The translations under genes were made by a program, and so were the position numbers. 64,000 bases of DNA from Rhodothermales bacterium. Its GTDB lineage: Bacteria; Bacteroidota; Rhodothermia; Rhodothermales; VXPQ01. Positions 20,506-32,987 of this stretch are shown here, piece by piece. The stretch spans positions 2,393-66,392 of the forward strand of contig JAJECT010000024.1 in NCBI GenBank assembly GCA_022821845.1. The letters run 5' to 3'. The notes under the pieces are model-generated. The model saw only the letters and a list, made by a program, of their open reading frames with translations. It was not told where the DNA came from and did no database searches. Numbering within the stretch: the stretch's first letter is position 1; every line of letters begins with the position of its first letter.

Positions 20506-21855
20506 TCAGAGCGACCAGGGCTCCCGCATGGGCCGCCCCAGCATCTCGTTGGCCGAAGCGTCGTCAAGGACCATTTCCCGATCCGGATCCCACCTCAGGT
20601 CGCGGCCCAACTGCATGGCGATGTTGCCAAGGTGCGCCACGGTGATAGAACGATGCGCTTCCTCGACCGGCGCAACCGGCTCCGTGCCGGCGACGACGCT
20701 ATCGAGAAAGTCCTGGCGATGATCGTCGCTGCGATACAGGCGGGTATCCTGATCGCTCAGGACGGTGCTCCAGATAGCGGGATCGGACGTCTCGTGACCG
20801 CCGCGAGAGACGAATATCCATCCGTCGTCGCCTTCGAAGCGGACGCCTCGCTGTTCGTCGCTGGTGACGACCATGGTCACGCCGTTGGCGTATTCCGCTT
20901 CGAAATAAAAATCCGTAGCCGCATTCCACAAATCGTTCTCCGGGAAGGTGCCCCGCGCGTTGCGAATGGCTATCGGGCCGGTCCGGGCCGTGCCCATGCC
21001 CCACTGCGCAATATCGGGATGGTGCCCACCCCAATCCGTCACCTGCCCGCCCGAGTAATCGAGAATCCAGCGGAAATTGACGTGACACCGGGCCGGGCTG
21101 TATTCCGCTTCGGGCGCGGGACCCAGCCAGAAATCGTAGTTGAAGCCTTCGGGCACGGGTTCGGGTTCTTTTCGGTCGGCGGTTTCGCCAAAATCCGGAT
21201 GGCCCGACGGAAGGCCGCATCGCACGGTGCGCAGCGTACCGATCCGCCCGTTCAAAACCAGTTCGCAGGCATGGCGAAACCCTTCGCCGGAGCGCTGCTG
21301 GCTCCCGGTCTGGAAAACCACGCCCGCCTCCTTGACCGCATCGCTCATGGCCCGTCCTTCCCGGACGGTAAGCGAAAGCGGTTTCTCGCAGTAAATATGT
21401 TTCCCGGCGTGCGCAGCGGCAATCACCGGAATGGCGTGCCAGTGATCCGGCGTCGAAATCACGACCGCATCGATATCGTCGCGGGCCAGCAACTCCCGAA
21501 AGTCTTCGTACCCCTCGCAGGGAGAAGCTTTCCCGGAGCGCATCTCCTTGCCGCGGCGGAAATTCACCAGGTGCCGGGCGGGCTCCCTGCCCGCGTAGGC
21601 GCCGTTCCAATAACCGTAACTCGCCCGGTTTACGTCGCAGACGCCTGCAATATGCACCTGCTCTTTCTCCAGAAATTGCCGCAGGTGGCCCGTCCCCATA
21701 TTGCCCGTGCCGATGAACCCAAGCGTAATGCGGTCGCTGGGCGCCGTGCGGCCGCCGCGCCCAAGCGCAGACGCCGGAACAATGGCTGGCAAGGCAAGCC
21801 CGCCGGCAAGGAGCGCGCTGGTTTTCAAAAAATCGCGTCTGTTTCTGGACGTCAT
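20506..21855 (-). CDS. Gfo/Idh/MocA family oxidoreductase with TAT signal
   Basis: Start refined to MTSRNRRDFLKTSALLAGG (twin-arginine signal). Rossmann domain ITLGFIGTGNMG. Paralog-like to 8202..9518. Confidence 0.85.
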   Translation of the reverse strand: MTSRNRRDFLKTSALLAGGLALPAIVPASALGRGGRTAPSDRITLGFIGTGNMGTGHLRQFLEKEQVHIAGVCDVNRASYGYWNGAYAGREPARHLVNFRRGKEMRSGKASPCEGYEDFRELLARDDIDAVVISTPDHWHAIPVIAAAHAGKHIYCEKPLSLTVREGRAMSDAVKEAGVVFQTGSQQRSGEGFRHACELVLNGRIGTLRTVRCGLPSGHPDFGETADRKEPEPVPEGFNYDFWLGPAPEAEYSPARCHVNFRWILDYSGGQVTDWGGHHPDIAQWGMGTARTGPIAIRNARGTFPENDLWNAATDFYFEAEYANGVTMVVTSDEQRGVRFEGDDGWIFVSRGGHETSDPAIWSTVLSDQDTRLYRSDDHRQDFLDSVVAGTEPVAPVEEAHRSITVAHLGNIAMQLGRDLRWDPDREMVLDDASANEMLGRPMREPWSL

Positions 21856-22002
21856 GGCTCTTTTGAGGTCTGTGGGCAGGACAAGGGCTACGCTACCCGG
21901 AAAGGTAACGCTTATGAATTTATTTTGCAGAAAAAGTACGGGCAAGAACGCGCAGGGAAACGCAGGCGGCGTACTCCCTTTGCAGAATTAATCAGCGTAG
22001 CC

Positions 22003-22521
22003 TCAAACGTCCGAACCGCTGGCCAGCGCGGCGAGCGCTTCTCCCGTCACGCGCATGGTCGTCCATTCGGCCATGGGCTTCGCGCCAAGCCGTTCGTAAA
22101 GCCGGATCGCGTTTTCGTTCCAGTCCAGTACGGACCACTCCAGGCGCCCGCACCCCCGCGCCGCCGCAAGTTCGGCCACCCGCGTCAGAAACGCCGTGCC
22201 AAAGCCCCGTCCGCGCCAGGCGGGTTCCACATAAATATCTTCGAGATACACGCCAGGCTGGGCCAGGAAGGTGGAATAGTTATGAAAGAAAAGCGCAAAC
22301 CCCACCGGAGCGCCCTCGAATTCCCCGATAAGCGCTTCCGCATAAGCGCGGGCGCCGAACAGGGTGTTCTCCAGCGCTTCTTCCGTCGCCACGCATTCGT
22401 GCTCAAGCCGTTCGAACCGGGCCAGGCCCCGAATGAAGGCGTGAAGGAGCGGAACATCGTCCCGGACGGCAAGCCGGATGGTAAAACCCGGCAACGAGGT
22501 CCGGGAAGCAGGCGCTTTCAT
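22003..22521 (-). CDS. GNAT family N-acetyltransferase (diamine acetyltransferase-like)
   Basis: 172 aa. Acetyl-CoA binding motif VEPAWRGRGFGTAFL. Starts 12 nt downstream of the clpB stop. Confidence 0.85.
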   Translation of the reverse strand: MKAPASRTSLPGFTIRLAVRDDVPLLHAFIRGLARFERLEHECVATEEALENTLFGARAYAEALIGEFEGAPVGFALFFHNYSTFLAQPGVYLEDIYVEPAWRGRGFGTAFLTRVAELAAARGCGRLEWSVLDWNENAIRLYERLGAKPMAEWTTMRVTGEALAALASGSDV

Positions 22522-22533
22522 AAGAATTATGTT

Positions 22534-24723
<2,190 letters not shown>

Positions 24724-24956
24724 GCGGATACCTTTTGCTGCTGCGTATTCCTGTCTCGATGCGCATTTCGCCCGGCAGCCCGATACTATATTGCGAATGA
24801 ACGGGCTGCCTTGCGCATCGTTGCAGGATCAGCCTCTGCGAAAAGCGTACCGGAAGCCGACTACTGACAGTCTGGCAGAACACGGACAGGAACGAGCGGG
24901 CGTTTCCCCTCGTTTGAACGGGCGGTACAACCTCAGGGATCGCTGGATATCGAACA

Positions 24957-25241
24957 ATGATGAAGAACGCGCCGTCGGAAAAAGACGCATGGTGGGAGGG
25001 TTTTCAGCGCCTCCTGGACGAACAGATTGATTTTCCCGACGAATATCTGTTCAAATTCATTGTGCCCGCCGACGGCTTGCCCGCGCTCAAAAAGATATTC
25101 GGACGCCACCCGGTTACGGTGCGGGCGTCGTCCAAAGGGCGGTATCTCAGCGTCACGGCGAAAATGCAAATGCATTCCAGCGACGAAATCATTGCCTTGT
25201 ACCAGGCGGCGGCGAAGGTGGACAAGGTCATGATGCTGTGA
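24957..25241 (+). CDS. small conserved protein, DUF493/YbeD-like (tentative)
   Basis: 94 aa. Pattern [11 protein letters not shown]...[18 protein letters not shown] resembles YbeD-family proteins. Recognised by pattern only. Confidence 0.5.
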   Translation: MMKNAPSEKDAWWEGFQRLLDEQIDFPDEYLFKFIVPADGLPALKKIFGRHPVTVRASSKGRYLSVTAKMQMHSSDEIIALYQAAAKVDKVMML

Positions 25242-25249
25242 CCCGACGG

Positions 25250-25310
25250 CCCCTCGCATGCCTCTGATCTTCGCAGCTTTGATCAGCGTATCCTTAATCA
25301 GCGTATTTCC
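25250..25310 (+). repeat. solo right-end fragment of the MITE-like element, abutting the uxuA start codon
   Basis: CCCCTCGCATGCCTCTGATCTTCGCAGCTTTGATCAGCGTATCCTT matches the right arm of 11405..11666. It is followed by a partial re-duplication, AATCAGCGTATTTCC, and then the ATG at 25311. Confidence 0.5.
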
Positions 25311-26351
25311 ATGCAACTCGCATTCAGGTGGTACGGCCCCGACGACCCGGTGTCGCTCGCGTACATCCGGCAAATTCCCCGGATGACGGGCGTCGTGAGC
25401 GCCTTGCAGGATTGTCAACCGGGCGCCGCGTGGCCAAGGGACAACGTGCGCGCGCTGCGGCAAACCATCGAAGCGGCGGGGTTGCGTTTTTCCGTGGTGG
25501 AATCCATTGCAGTGCACGAGCACATCAAACTGGGCCTGCCGGACCGGGACGCCCTGATTGCCCGATACGCGCAAAGCATGGAGGCCGTAGCGGCAGAAGG
25601 CGTACCGGTCGTCTGCTATAACTTTATGCCGGTTTTCGACTGGCTGCGCACCAACCTGGCCATGCCGCAACCGGATGGATCGACGGCGCTCCAATTCGAC
25701 CAGAAGGCAATGGAAAACATCGATTTTTCCGAAGGAACGCAGGATTTGCCGGGGTGGCATGCCGCCTACGCGGGAGAAGAAATAGCCGCCTTGCGGGCCG
25801 CCTACGCCGAACGCTCGGAAGAAGACTTATGGGAGAACCTGAAGTATTTTCTGGAGCGGATCGTGCCTGCGGCCGAGCGGACGGGCGTCCGCCTCGCCAT
25901 CCATCCCGACGACCCGCCCTGGTCCGTGGCGGGCTTTCCGCGCATTATCACAAGCGGGGCGGCGCTGAAACGGGTTACGCAACTGGTGGACAGCGAGGCG
26001 AACGGCGTGACCCTGTGCACCGGTTCCCTGGGCGCGAACCCCGCCGAAGCCGTGCGGCTGCCCGAGACGATTCGTTCGCTGGCGGGACGCATCCATTTTG
26101 CGCATATGCGCAACGTTCGGCGTCTCGGCGAGCGATCTTTTCAGGAGAGTACGCACCCCGACGGAGACGTGGATATGGCGGCGGTCATGGAGGCCCTGCT
26201 GGAAACCGGTTTCGACGGCCCGGCCCGGCCCGACCACGGACGCATGATCTGGGGAGAAGAAGGACTGGCGGGATACGGCCTGTATGACCGCGCGCTGGGG
26301 GCCGCCTACATGAATGGCCTCAGGGACGCCGCAATACGAAAAGCAACCTGA
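25311..26351 (+). CDS. uxuA: mannonate dehydratase
   Basis: N-terminus [23 protein letters not shown] matches the UxuA signature (WRWYGP.DPV.L..IRQ). TIM-barrel length is slightly short at 346 aa. Confidence 0.85.
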   Translation: MQLAFRWYGPDDPVSLAYIRQIPRMTGVVSALQDCQPGAAWPRDNVRALRQTIEAAGLRFSVVESIAVHEHIKLGLPDRDALIARYAQSMEAVAAEGVPVVCYNFMPVFDWLRTNLAMPQPDGSTALQFDQKAMENIDFSEGTQDLPGWHAAYAGEEIAALRAAYAERSEEDLWENLKYFLERIVPAAERTGVRLAIHPDDPPWSVAGFPRIITSGAALKRVTQLVDSEANGVTLCTGSLGANPAEAVRLPETIRSLAGRIHFAHMRNVRRLGERSFQESTHPDGDVDMAAVMEALLETGFDGPARPDHGRMIWGEEGLAGYGLYDRALGAAYMNGLRDAAIRKAT

Positions 26352-26424
26352 CGCAAGCGACGCTCCTTCCGGGAAGCGCATATCGCGTATCTTACTGGCG
26401 CGCAGGACTCGATTACGCAGGTCC

Positions 26425-28485
26425 ATGAAACGTCCCTTTCACTCGATTTATTCGCACGGCTTCGTCCGGACCGCTGTATGCGTGCCTCGCGTACGCATGG
26501 CGGACCCGGCGTATAACGCCGAACAAACGATTCGTCTTGCCGAGCAGGCTTCCGCCGCGTCGGCGGCGCTGGCTGTGTTCCCGGAACTGGGCCTGTCGGC
26601 GTATGCGAACGACGACCTGTTCCATCAGGATGCGTTGCTCGAAAGCGTGGCGGACGCCGTATCCCGCGTGGCGGACGCTTCGCAAGATTTGACGCCGGCG
26701 CTGGCGGTCGGCGCGCCCCTTCGCGTTGGCGCCGCGCTATTCAACTGCGCCGTGGTGATATACCGGGGCCGCATCCTGGGCATTGTCCCGAAAAGTTATC
26801 TGCCGAACTACGCCGAATTCTACGAAAAGCGGCAATTTACGCGGGCCGCCGCCGCGTTGCGCAAGGAGGCGCGCTTCCGAAACGCCACGGTCCCCTTCGG
26901 AAACGATCTCATCTTCGAGACGCCTTCCCTGAAGCATTTCGCGCTCCATGTGGAGTTGTGCGAAGACCTCTGGGTGCCTGTTCCTCCGAGTACGTACGCC
27001 GCGCTGGGCGGCGCGTACATACTGGCCAACTTGTCGGCCAGCAACAGCACGATCGGCAAGGCGGCGTACCGACGCGGGCTGTGCGCGATGCAATCGGGGA
27101 AATGCGTGGCGGCGTACCTCTATGCGGGCGCCGGCGCAGGCGAATCCACCACGGACCTGGCCTGGGACGGGCACGGCATGATCTGGGAAAACGGGCGGCT
27201 TCTCGGCGAAACAGAGCGGTTTTCGACGGAAGAACAGATGGCGCTCGCGGATGTGGACCTGGAATTGCTGGCGCAAAACCGGATGCGCCTGACCAGTTTT
27301 CACGATGCGGCAAGCGATCACGGGGACCGGGTGCGGGCGCTGCGGCGCATCCCCTTCGATTTCGATATTCCGAAGGGAAATATCCCGCTGCGGCGCGTGG
27401 TGGAGCGGTTTCCGTATGTGCCGAGCGATCCGGCCACGCTGGACGCGCGCTGCCGGGAAGCCTGCGACATTCAGGTGCATGGCCTGATGCAGCGACTGCG
27501 AAGCACGGGGATCGACCGCATTGTCATCGGCGTGTCGGGCGGGCTGGATTCGACGCAGGCGCTGCTCGTGGCGGCCCGGGCCATGGACAAACTGGGGCGC
27601 CCCAGAAAACACATTCTGGCCTGGACGATGCCCGGCTTCGCCACAAGCGACCGGACGCTGGAGAATGCGCGGACGCTCATGGACGCGCTGGGGGTTACCG
27701 CCGGGGAGATCGACATTCGGCCCGCCGCCATGCAAACCTTTCGGGACATCGGCCATCCGTTTGCAAACGACGAACCGACGTACGACGTATCATTCGAGAA
27801 CGTACAGGCGGGCGCGCGGACGTCCCATCTCTTCCGGCTGGCCAATCTGCACGGCGGGCTGGTCCTGGGCACCGGAGACCTGAGCGAACTGGCGCTGGGA
27901 TGGACCACGTACGGCGTCGGCGATCATATGTCGCACTATAACGTCAATGCGTCCGTCCCGAAAACCCTGATCCGGCATCTCATCCGGTGGGCCATGGCGT
28001 CCGGCGCATTCGACGAGCCGGTCGCCGGCGTGCTGCAATCCGTGCTGGAAACGGAAATTTCCCCGGAACTCGTTCCGCCGGCAAGCGGCGACGCCGACGA
28101 GCCGCATCAACGCACGGAAGAGGTCGTCGGACCGTTCGACTTGCAGGATTTTAATCTGTATTACGTTACGCGATACGGGTTTCGGCCTGCAAAGGTTGCG
28201 TTCCTGAGCCATCATGCCTGGGGCAGCGCGCCAGAACACCGGGAGGAAGCAGAGACCGACGGATTGTCGTCGCGTGCGTACGACCTGGCCGAAATCAAGC
28301 GCTGGCTGGGCGTATTCCTGTACCGGTTTTTCAAAATCAGCCAGTTCAAGCGTTCGGCCATGCCCAACGGCCCCAAGGTGGGGTCCGGCGGCTCGCTTTC
28401 GCCGCGCGGCGACTGGCGGGCCCCCAGCGACGCCGAAGCCGAAGCCTGGATGGAGGCGCTCCGGCGAGACGTGCCGGACGCGTAG
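26425..28485 (+). CDS. nadE: NAD+ synthase, glutamine-dependent (long form)
   Basis: Start refined to [22 protein letters not shown]-terminal CN-hydrolase domain. Synthetase P-loop [14 protein letters not shown]. Confidence 0.9.
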   Translation: MKRPFHSIYSHGFVRTAVCVPRVRMADPAYNAEQTIRLAEQASAASAALAVFPELGLSAYANDDLFHQDALLESVADAVSRVADASQDLTPALAVGAPLRVGAALFNCAVVIYRGRILGIVPKSYLPNYAEFYEKRQFTRAAAALRKEARFRNATVPFGNDLIFETPSLKHFALHVELCEDLWVPVPPSTYAALGGAYILANLSASNSTIGKAAYRRGLCAMQSGKCVAAYLYAGAGAGESTTDLAWDGHGMIWENGRLLGETERFSTEEQMALADVDLELLAQNRMRLTSFHDAASDHGDRVRALRRIPFDFDIPKGNIPLRRVVERFPYVPSDPATLDARCREACDIQVHGLMQRLRSTGIDRIVIGVSGGLDSTQALLVAARAMDKLGRPRKHILAWTMPGFATSDRTLENARTLMDALGVTAGEIDIRPAAMQTFRDIGHPFANDEPTYDVSFENVQAGARTSHLFRLANLHGGLVLGTGDLSELALGWTTYGVGDHMSHYNVNASVPKTLIRHLIRWAMASGAFDEPVAGVLQSVLETEISPELVPPASGDADEPHQRTEEVVGPFDLQDFNLYYVTRYGFRPAKVAFLSHHAWGSAPEHREEAETDGLSSRAYDLAEIKRWLGVFLYRFFKISQFKRSAMPNGPKVGSGGSLSPRGDWRAPSDAEAEAWMEALRRDVPDA

Positions 28486-28497
28486 GCGCCCGCCGCG

Positions 28498-29916
28498 CTA
28501 TTGCGGCGCGGAATGCGGCCCCTGCGACCCGGGAGCGTACGGATGCACGGGCAGCCCGGCTTCCAGAATCGGCGTGTAGAGCCGCCACGAGTTGATCACT
28601 TCGTCGGCATGCACAAACAGGGTCTGGTCCCCCTGGATCACATCCCCAAGCAAGGTTTCGTAGGCTTGCGGGAGGTCGCCGAACACCTCGTCGTAGCGGA
28701 AACGGAGCCTTCGGGGCGTGAGCCTGAGCGGCATGCGCGGCTGCTTGACCTCAAAATGCAGGTTAAATCCTTCGTCCGGTTGCAATGTGATTTCGAGGAT
28801 GTTGGGGCGAACGTCGCAGGTATCCTCGTAAGGGCGGAAAAGCGAGACCGGCGCCGGCTGAAACCGGATCGCGATGCGGGTGCGCTTTTCGGGCATGCGC
28901 TTGCCGGTTTCGAGGAGGAACGGAACGCCTCGCCACCGCCAGTTGGCGATCTCCATGCGCAGGCGGACGAACGTTTCGGTGACGGATCCTTCCGAAACCC
29001 CTTTTTCTTCGCGATACGCCCTTGCGGGCCGGCCATCCACTTCGCCAGCGGCGTACTGGCCCAGCAGCACATCCTCGGGCCGGAGCGGCACAACCGATTC
29101 CAGGACCTTTATTTTTTCCTGTCGGATGGAGGCGGCGTCGAACCGGGCGGGGGCCTCCATGGCGACCAGCGAAAGCAACTGCGTAAGATGATTCTGCACC
29201 ATGTCCCGCAACGCCCCCGACTGGTCGTAATACCCTGCCCGCGTTTCCACGCCGAGGGCTTCGTGCACCTGAATATCGACCCGCTCTATTTGTCCCCGAT
29301 GCCATACGCTTTCGAAAAGCGCGTTGCCGAACCGAAAGACCAGCAGATTCTGGACGGTTTCTTTCCCGAGGTAATGATCGATGCGAAATATCCGGGACTC
29401 GTCGAAATAGCGGTGCACCAGGTCGTTCAGGGCCTGGGCAGACGCCAGATCGCGTCCGAACGGCTTTTCGACGACGAGCCGCGACCATCCCGCCGACTCG
29501 TGGAGATGGGCCTGGCCAAGGGCTTCGATGGTTCCGGGAAAGGTCTTTGGAGGCAAGGCAAGATAAAAAACCCGGTTGCCGGGCAGGCCGCAGGCCTTTT
29601 CGATGGCGGCAACCCGATGGGCAAGGCGTTCATAGCCATTGCTTCCCCCTCCCAGCGACTGATAGAACACATGCTCGTCGCACCAGGCGGAAAGATCGGC
29701 GTCCGCGGCATGCGGCTCGTCGCGCAGCGCTTCGCGGATACGGTCCCGGAACGCGGCGTCGGACAGGTCGGAGCGGGCCACGCCAAGAATATGGCAACAA
29801 CGCAGTTCGTCATGCCGCTCCATGAGACGAAACAGGGCGGGCGCCAGTTTGCGCGTCGTCAGGTCGCCGCTGGCGCCTAGGATAACGAAAAGATGAGGCT
29901 GGAAGGAGCGGGACAT
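28498..29916 (-). CDS. zwf: glucose-6-phosphate dehydrogenase
   Basis: Start refined to MSRSFQPHLFVILGASGDLTTRKLAPALF (NADP-binding GASGDL). Active-site motif RIDHYLGKE. Confidence 0.92.
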   Translation of the reverse strand: MSRSFQPHLFVILGASGDLTTRKLAPALFRLMERHDELRCCHILGVARSDLSDAAFRDRIREALRDEPHAADADLSAWCDEHVFYQSLGGGSNGYERLAHRVAAIEKACGLPGNRVFYLALPPKTFPGTIEALGQAHLHESAGWSRLVVEKPFGRDLASAQALNDLVHRYFDESRIFRIDHYLGKETVQNLLVFRFGNALFESVWHRGQIERVDIQVHEALGVETRAGYYDQSGALRDMVQNHLTQLLSLVAMEAPARFDAASIRQEKIKVLESVVPLRPEDVLLGQYAAGEVDGRPARAYREEKGVSEGSVTETFVRLRMEIANWRWRGVPFLLETGKRMPEKRTRIAIRFQPAPVSLFRPYEDTCDVRPNILEITLQPDEGFNLHFEVKQPRMPLRLTPRRLRFRYDEVFGDLPQAYETLLGDVIQGDQTLFVHADEVINSWRLYTPILEAGLPVHPYAPGSQGPHSAPQ

Positions 29917-30065
29917 GGGAGCAACCTGTTGCGCCGCGACAGGCGATTCTCCATGGTAAGGAATTTCGGGGTCAACGTTCCTGGGTTGCAGATTCGGTCG
30001 CGCATCCGTTCGGAAACGAGGCAAGCAGGCGCTCCGCATCGTCCGATTGTACAGTCCGACGCGAA

Positions 30066-30112
30066 CGAGGGGGCGCGCATCCTCGTTGATTTTGCGCCCC
30101 CTCGAATTTTTT
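30066..30112 (+). terminator. intrinsic-terminator-like hairpin with a competing upstream helix
   Basis: CGAGGGGGCGC (30066-30076) pairs with GCGCCCCCTCG (30094-30104) and is followed by AATTTTTT. The alternative helix AACGAGG (30064-30070) / CCTCGTT (30081-30087) uses the same 5' strand. Lies about 100 nt upstream of the 30216 ATG. Confidence 0.45.
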
Positions 30113-30215
30113 CGCAACATTTACCTTCTTATTCAATTTATTAATGTATCGGGTCGGGCAAAAGTACCCAAGCCGATGCGTCTCCAAGCCAATTTGTCTA
30201 ACCGGAGAGAACCTC

Positions 30216-31022
30216 ATGAAGCCCCGACCCGTCATCGCCTCCGCCATCGCAATCATCGTCCTGGGTTTCGGCGCATCCGCGAGCCAGGCCCAGACCGCCT
30301 CCGTTCCGGATCCGGTTCCGCCGAGGATGTTTTCCACGACTGGTTTCACAGGTTCTAACGCATACACGCTCCCGACCGGGAGGGGCTTCCTGGCCGCGGG
30401 ATACGCCGGCGCCGACTGGTGGGCGCAATTCTCCGACGACGAATTAACGTCCCTGACGTTTATCGTGCACGCCGCCTACGGCATTCAGGATTATTTGACC
30501 GTGGAGCTTGGTTCTGGCCACTGGAGATACGAGTATGAGTGGTATGATGACACTATCATATCGGAAGCCGAATCTTATCCGTACCTGGCGCCCAAGTTGC
30601 GCATATACAACAGGGGGCAATTGACCACCAGCATAAGAGGCATTATAATTCTTCCGACAGACGCCGCGGGTTTTTTGTACGGGGCTTCTTTGGGGCTCTC
30701 TTCGAAAATAAGGGAAGGGGTCAGTGGACACCTTTCTGTCGGATTCGCCGGGTATTCCGTAGACAGGTTCGATGAAGACAAGTATGAAACGGAACCAGTA
30801 CTGGCTTTTGGCGGGGATGTCCTGGCGTTCACGCCCGGCCAGGGCCAAATCAAGATATTCGGTGAATTTCGACGAGTCGTTTGGGTGAATGAAAGTTTTG
30901 CGATTCTCACTGCGGGCGCACGATTCCTGACCAACTCATTAGGAGCCGAGCTGGGATTTTCCAGGTGGCTTGAGGAGGACTTTGACGTCCGGCCTATTCT
31001 GAGCGTCTCATACCGGTTCTGA
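30216..31022 (+). CDS. putative outer-membrane beta-barrel protein
   Basis: Start refined to MKPRPVIASAIAIIVLGFGASASQAQ (signal peptide, GGAGAG upstream). Alternating beta-strand pattern. C-terminal ...SYRF aromatic terminus. Confidence 0.55.
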   Translation: MKPRPVIASAIAIIVLGFGASASQAQTASVPDPVPPRMFSTTGFTGSNAYTLPTGRGFLAAGYAGADWWAQFSDDELTSLTFIVHAAYGIQDYLTVELGSGHWRYEYEWYDDTIISEAESYPYLAPKLRIYNRGQLTTSIRGIIILPTDAAGFLYGASLGLSSKIREGVSGHLSVGFAGYSVDRFDEDKYETEPVLAFGGDVLAFTPGQGQIKIFGEFRRVVWVNESFAILTAGARFLTNSLGAELGFSRWLEEDFDVRPILSVSYRF

Positions 31023-31069
31023 ACCAGCGGGCCAAGGGGGTCGCCGAGAACAAACGTGCGAGCGGCCCG

Positions 31070-31720
31070 TCACCCCATGTACCGAACCACGGTATCGAAG
31101 GGCAGTTTTTCGATGTCGGGGGCTTCGGCGTCCTGGCGGGGATAGCCCGCGACGAGCAGCAGAAACGGGGTTTCGTTGCGGGGCCTTTCCAGGATTTCGT
31201 TCAGGAAGCGCATTGGGCTGGGCGTGTGCGTAAGGGTGGCGACGCCGGCGTGATGCAGCGCCGCGATCAGAAAGCCTGCGGCAATGCCCACCGATTCCGA
31301 CGCGTAGTAGTTCTTGATGCGCTTGCCGTCCGGGTCCAGCCCATAGCGTTCGAGAAAAATGGCGATAAGCGCCGGGGCTTCTTCAAGGAACGGTTTGTTT
31401 TCGTCCGTACCTAATGGGGCCAATGCGTCCAGCCATTCGCGGGTAGCCCGGCGGCGGTAGAATGCGCGCTCCTCGGCCTCCGCCGCTATGCGGATGCGGG
31501 CCTTGATCTCCGGGTCGCGCACCACCACGAAACGCCACGGCTGCCGGTTCGCCCCACTCGGCGCCGACGCAGCAACCCGCAACGCAGCGGCAATCACTTC
31601 GTCCGGGATGGGCCGGGAATCGAAATCCCGCACGGTGCGGCGGCGCGCCATGTCGTCCGCAAAGCGCTGCGCGCGCCGAACCGCTTCCTCTGGGGAATAG
31701 ACAACGGGCTGGAGTTTCAT
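31070..31720 (-). CDS. nitroreductase-family flavoprotein, iodotyrosine-deiodinase-like
   Basis: RRTVRDF...APSGANRQPWRFVVV...YYASESVGIAAGFLIAALHHAGVATLTHTP follows the IYD/BluB-subgroup pattern of the nitroreductase fold. Confidence 0.8.
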   Translation of the reverse strand: MKLQPVVYSPEEAVRRAQRFADDMARRRTVRDFDSRPIPDEVIAAALRVAASAPSGANRQPWRFVVVRDPEIKARIRIAAEAEERAFYRRRATREWLDALAPLGTDENKPFLEEAPALIAIFLERYGLDPDGKRIKNYYASESVGIAAGFLIAALHHAGVATLTHTPSPMRFLNEILERPRNETPFLLLVAGYPRQDAEAPDIEKLPFDTVVRYMG

Positions 31721-31729
31721 GCAGACTTA

Positions 31730-31765
31730 GTGGTCATATATTTATTAACGTGGCCAGAAAAATCT
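31730..31765 (+). repeat. phased GGTCA/GGCCA motif block R0
   Basis: GGTCA at 31732 and GGCCAGAAAAA at 31752, exactly 20 bp apart, between the nitroreductase start and the esterase stop. Confidence 0.4.
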
Positions 31766-31784
31766 GCCCATGAGGCCCATTGCC

Positions 31785-32699
31785 TTACGAGGCCTCTGTC
31801 CGGGATTCGTTCAGCAACCAGTCGATGAGACGCTCCGCATAGTTCGATTTGAGCCAGGGGCTGTGCGAACCCTCGTTGATCTTCCAGAGTTCGACCGTAA
31901 TGCCATCCCGGCAACCCTTGCGATAGCGAATGCGGTCGGTTTCCGCGCCCTCGTTGGCATGGTCGATATCGATGGGAGACAGTTCTTCGGCCATGGAAAG
32001 ATCGCATTCCGCGCGTTCGGCCCAGCGCGCTACCACATCCTCGGCGCCAGCGTACCCGACGCCGACGGGAATTCCTGCATAGCGAATGATGGCGTCTTCC
32101 GTGCCATGAACCTGCAATACGGCGACCGGCGGCGCGGACGCGCAACGGGTTGAATCCAGAAAGGAGGTCCCTGCAAGCGACGCGATCGCGCTCAAACCCG
32201 GAAGACCTTCGCAGGCAAGGCGATAGGACATGAAACCGCCGTTGGAATGTCCGACCGAAAATACGCGGCCCACCGAAATATACTTGCCCGCCTCGTCGAT
32301 CAGGCTGGAAAGATACGCAACGTCGTCCACCTCGAACTTGAAGAAGTCGCAACAGAAATCCGTGGCGTTCCAGAAGCGATTGTCGACGGAATCGCGGGTG
32401 CCGCCAGGCAGAATCAGCGCGAAATTATCGGAGTCCACCCGCCCGGAAAGATCCCAGTACGCATCATGACCCGCAGGATTGCCCGAATAGCCATGCAAAC
32501 TGATTACAACGGGAAGGGGACCCATGGCGTCGTATCCCATAGGAAGTTGCAGGCTGGCGGGACGGTCGCCGCCTATGATATACGCCGTTTGCCGCATGTC
32601 CGGCTCGGTCGGAAGTTCCTCCTGCATCGTCTCGCCGCAAGCAGTCAGCAGAAAAACCAGAAGAATACAGGCTAAAAGCGAACGGAGCATAGAGGGCAT
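31785..32699 (-). CDS. secreted alpha/beta-hydrolase esterase (PHB-depolymerase/LpqC-like lipoprotein)
   Basis: Lipobox LLTACGE. HG oxyanion motif VVISLHGYSG. Nucleophile elbow GHSNGG. Start moved from the TTG at 32714 to the ATG at 32699 (the ATG at 32690 is also possible). Confidence 0.75.
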   Translation of the reverse strand: MPSMLRSLLACILLVFLLTACGETMQEELPTEPDMRQTAYIIGGDRPASLQLPMGYDAMGPLPVVISLHGYSGNPAGHDAYWDLSGRVDSDNFALILPGGTRDSVDNRFWNATDFCCDFFKFEVDDVAYLSSLIDEAGKYISVGRVFSVGHSNGGFMSYRLACEGLPGLSAIASLAGTSFLDSTRCASAPPVAVLQVHGTEDAIIRYAGIPVGVGYAGAEDVVARWAERAECDLSMAEELSPIDIDHANEGAETDRIRYRKGCRDGITVELWKINEGSHSPWLKSNYAERLIDWLLNESRTEAS

Positions 32700-32909
32700 C
32701 GTGGCAAAAGACAAATTCGGCGGGGTCCGGGGCGCGTTTTCAGCAGAAGCAATCCGGTTGCGGGCGTTTGGGCCTTATAATACGGATAAGGGGTTTGCGC
32801 GCTGGAATTTTTTGGGGGACGTCAGGGTTTTGGGGCAAATAATCGGCCCCCCCATGACGGGGACGAGATTTTGTGGACAGATATGGGTTAAAATGACCGG
32901 GAACGTCGT

Positions 32910-32958
32910 TTGGCGGTCATCTGTGGCCAGCAAATCGACTTGACAGTCAAAAATGACG
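32910..32958 (+). repeat. phased GGCCA-type motif block R1
   Basis: TTGGCGGTCATCTGTGGCCAGCAAA (32910-32934) is 23/25 identical to 35473-35497. Cores sit at 32915, 32925 and 32945, spaced 10 and 20 bp. Confidence 0.55.
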
Positions 32959-32987
32959 TGTTGCACAGATAGCACTGAGGGTACTCA

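Noticed and set aside
32910-32958. Apparent excess of synonymous differences between R1 and R3 in the plus frame GGHLWPANRL, suggesting a coding repeat
   Set aside because: Both copies are bounded by in-frame stops within 6-20 codons upstream and lack a start codon. R2 carries a 1-nt indel relative to them. There are too few substitutions (about 10) for a meaningful dN/dS.
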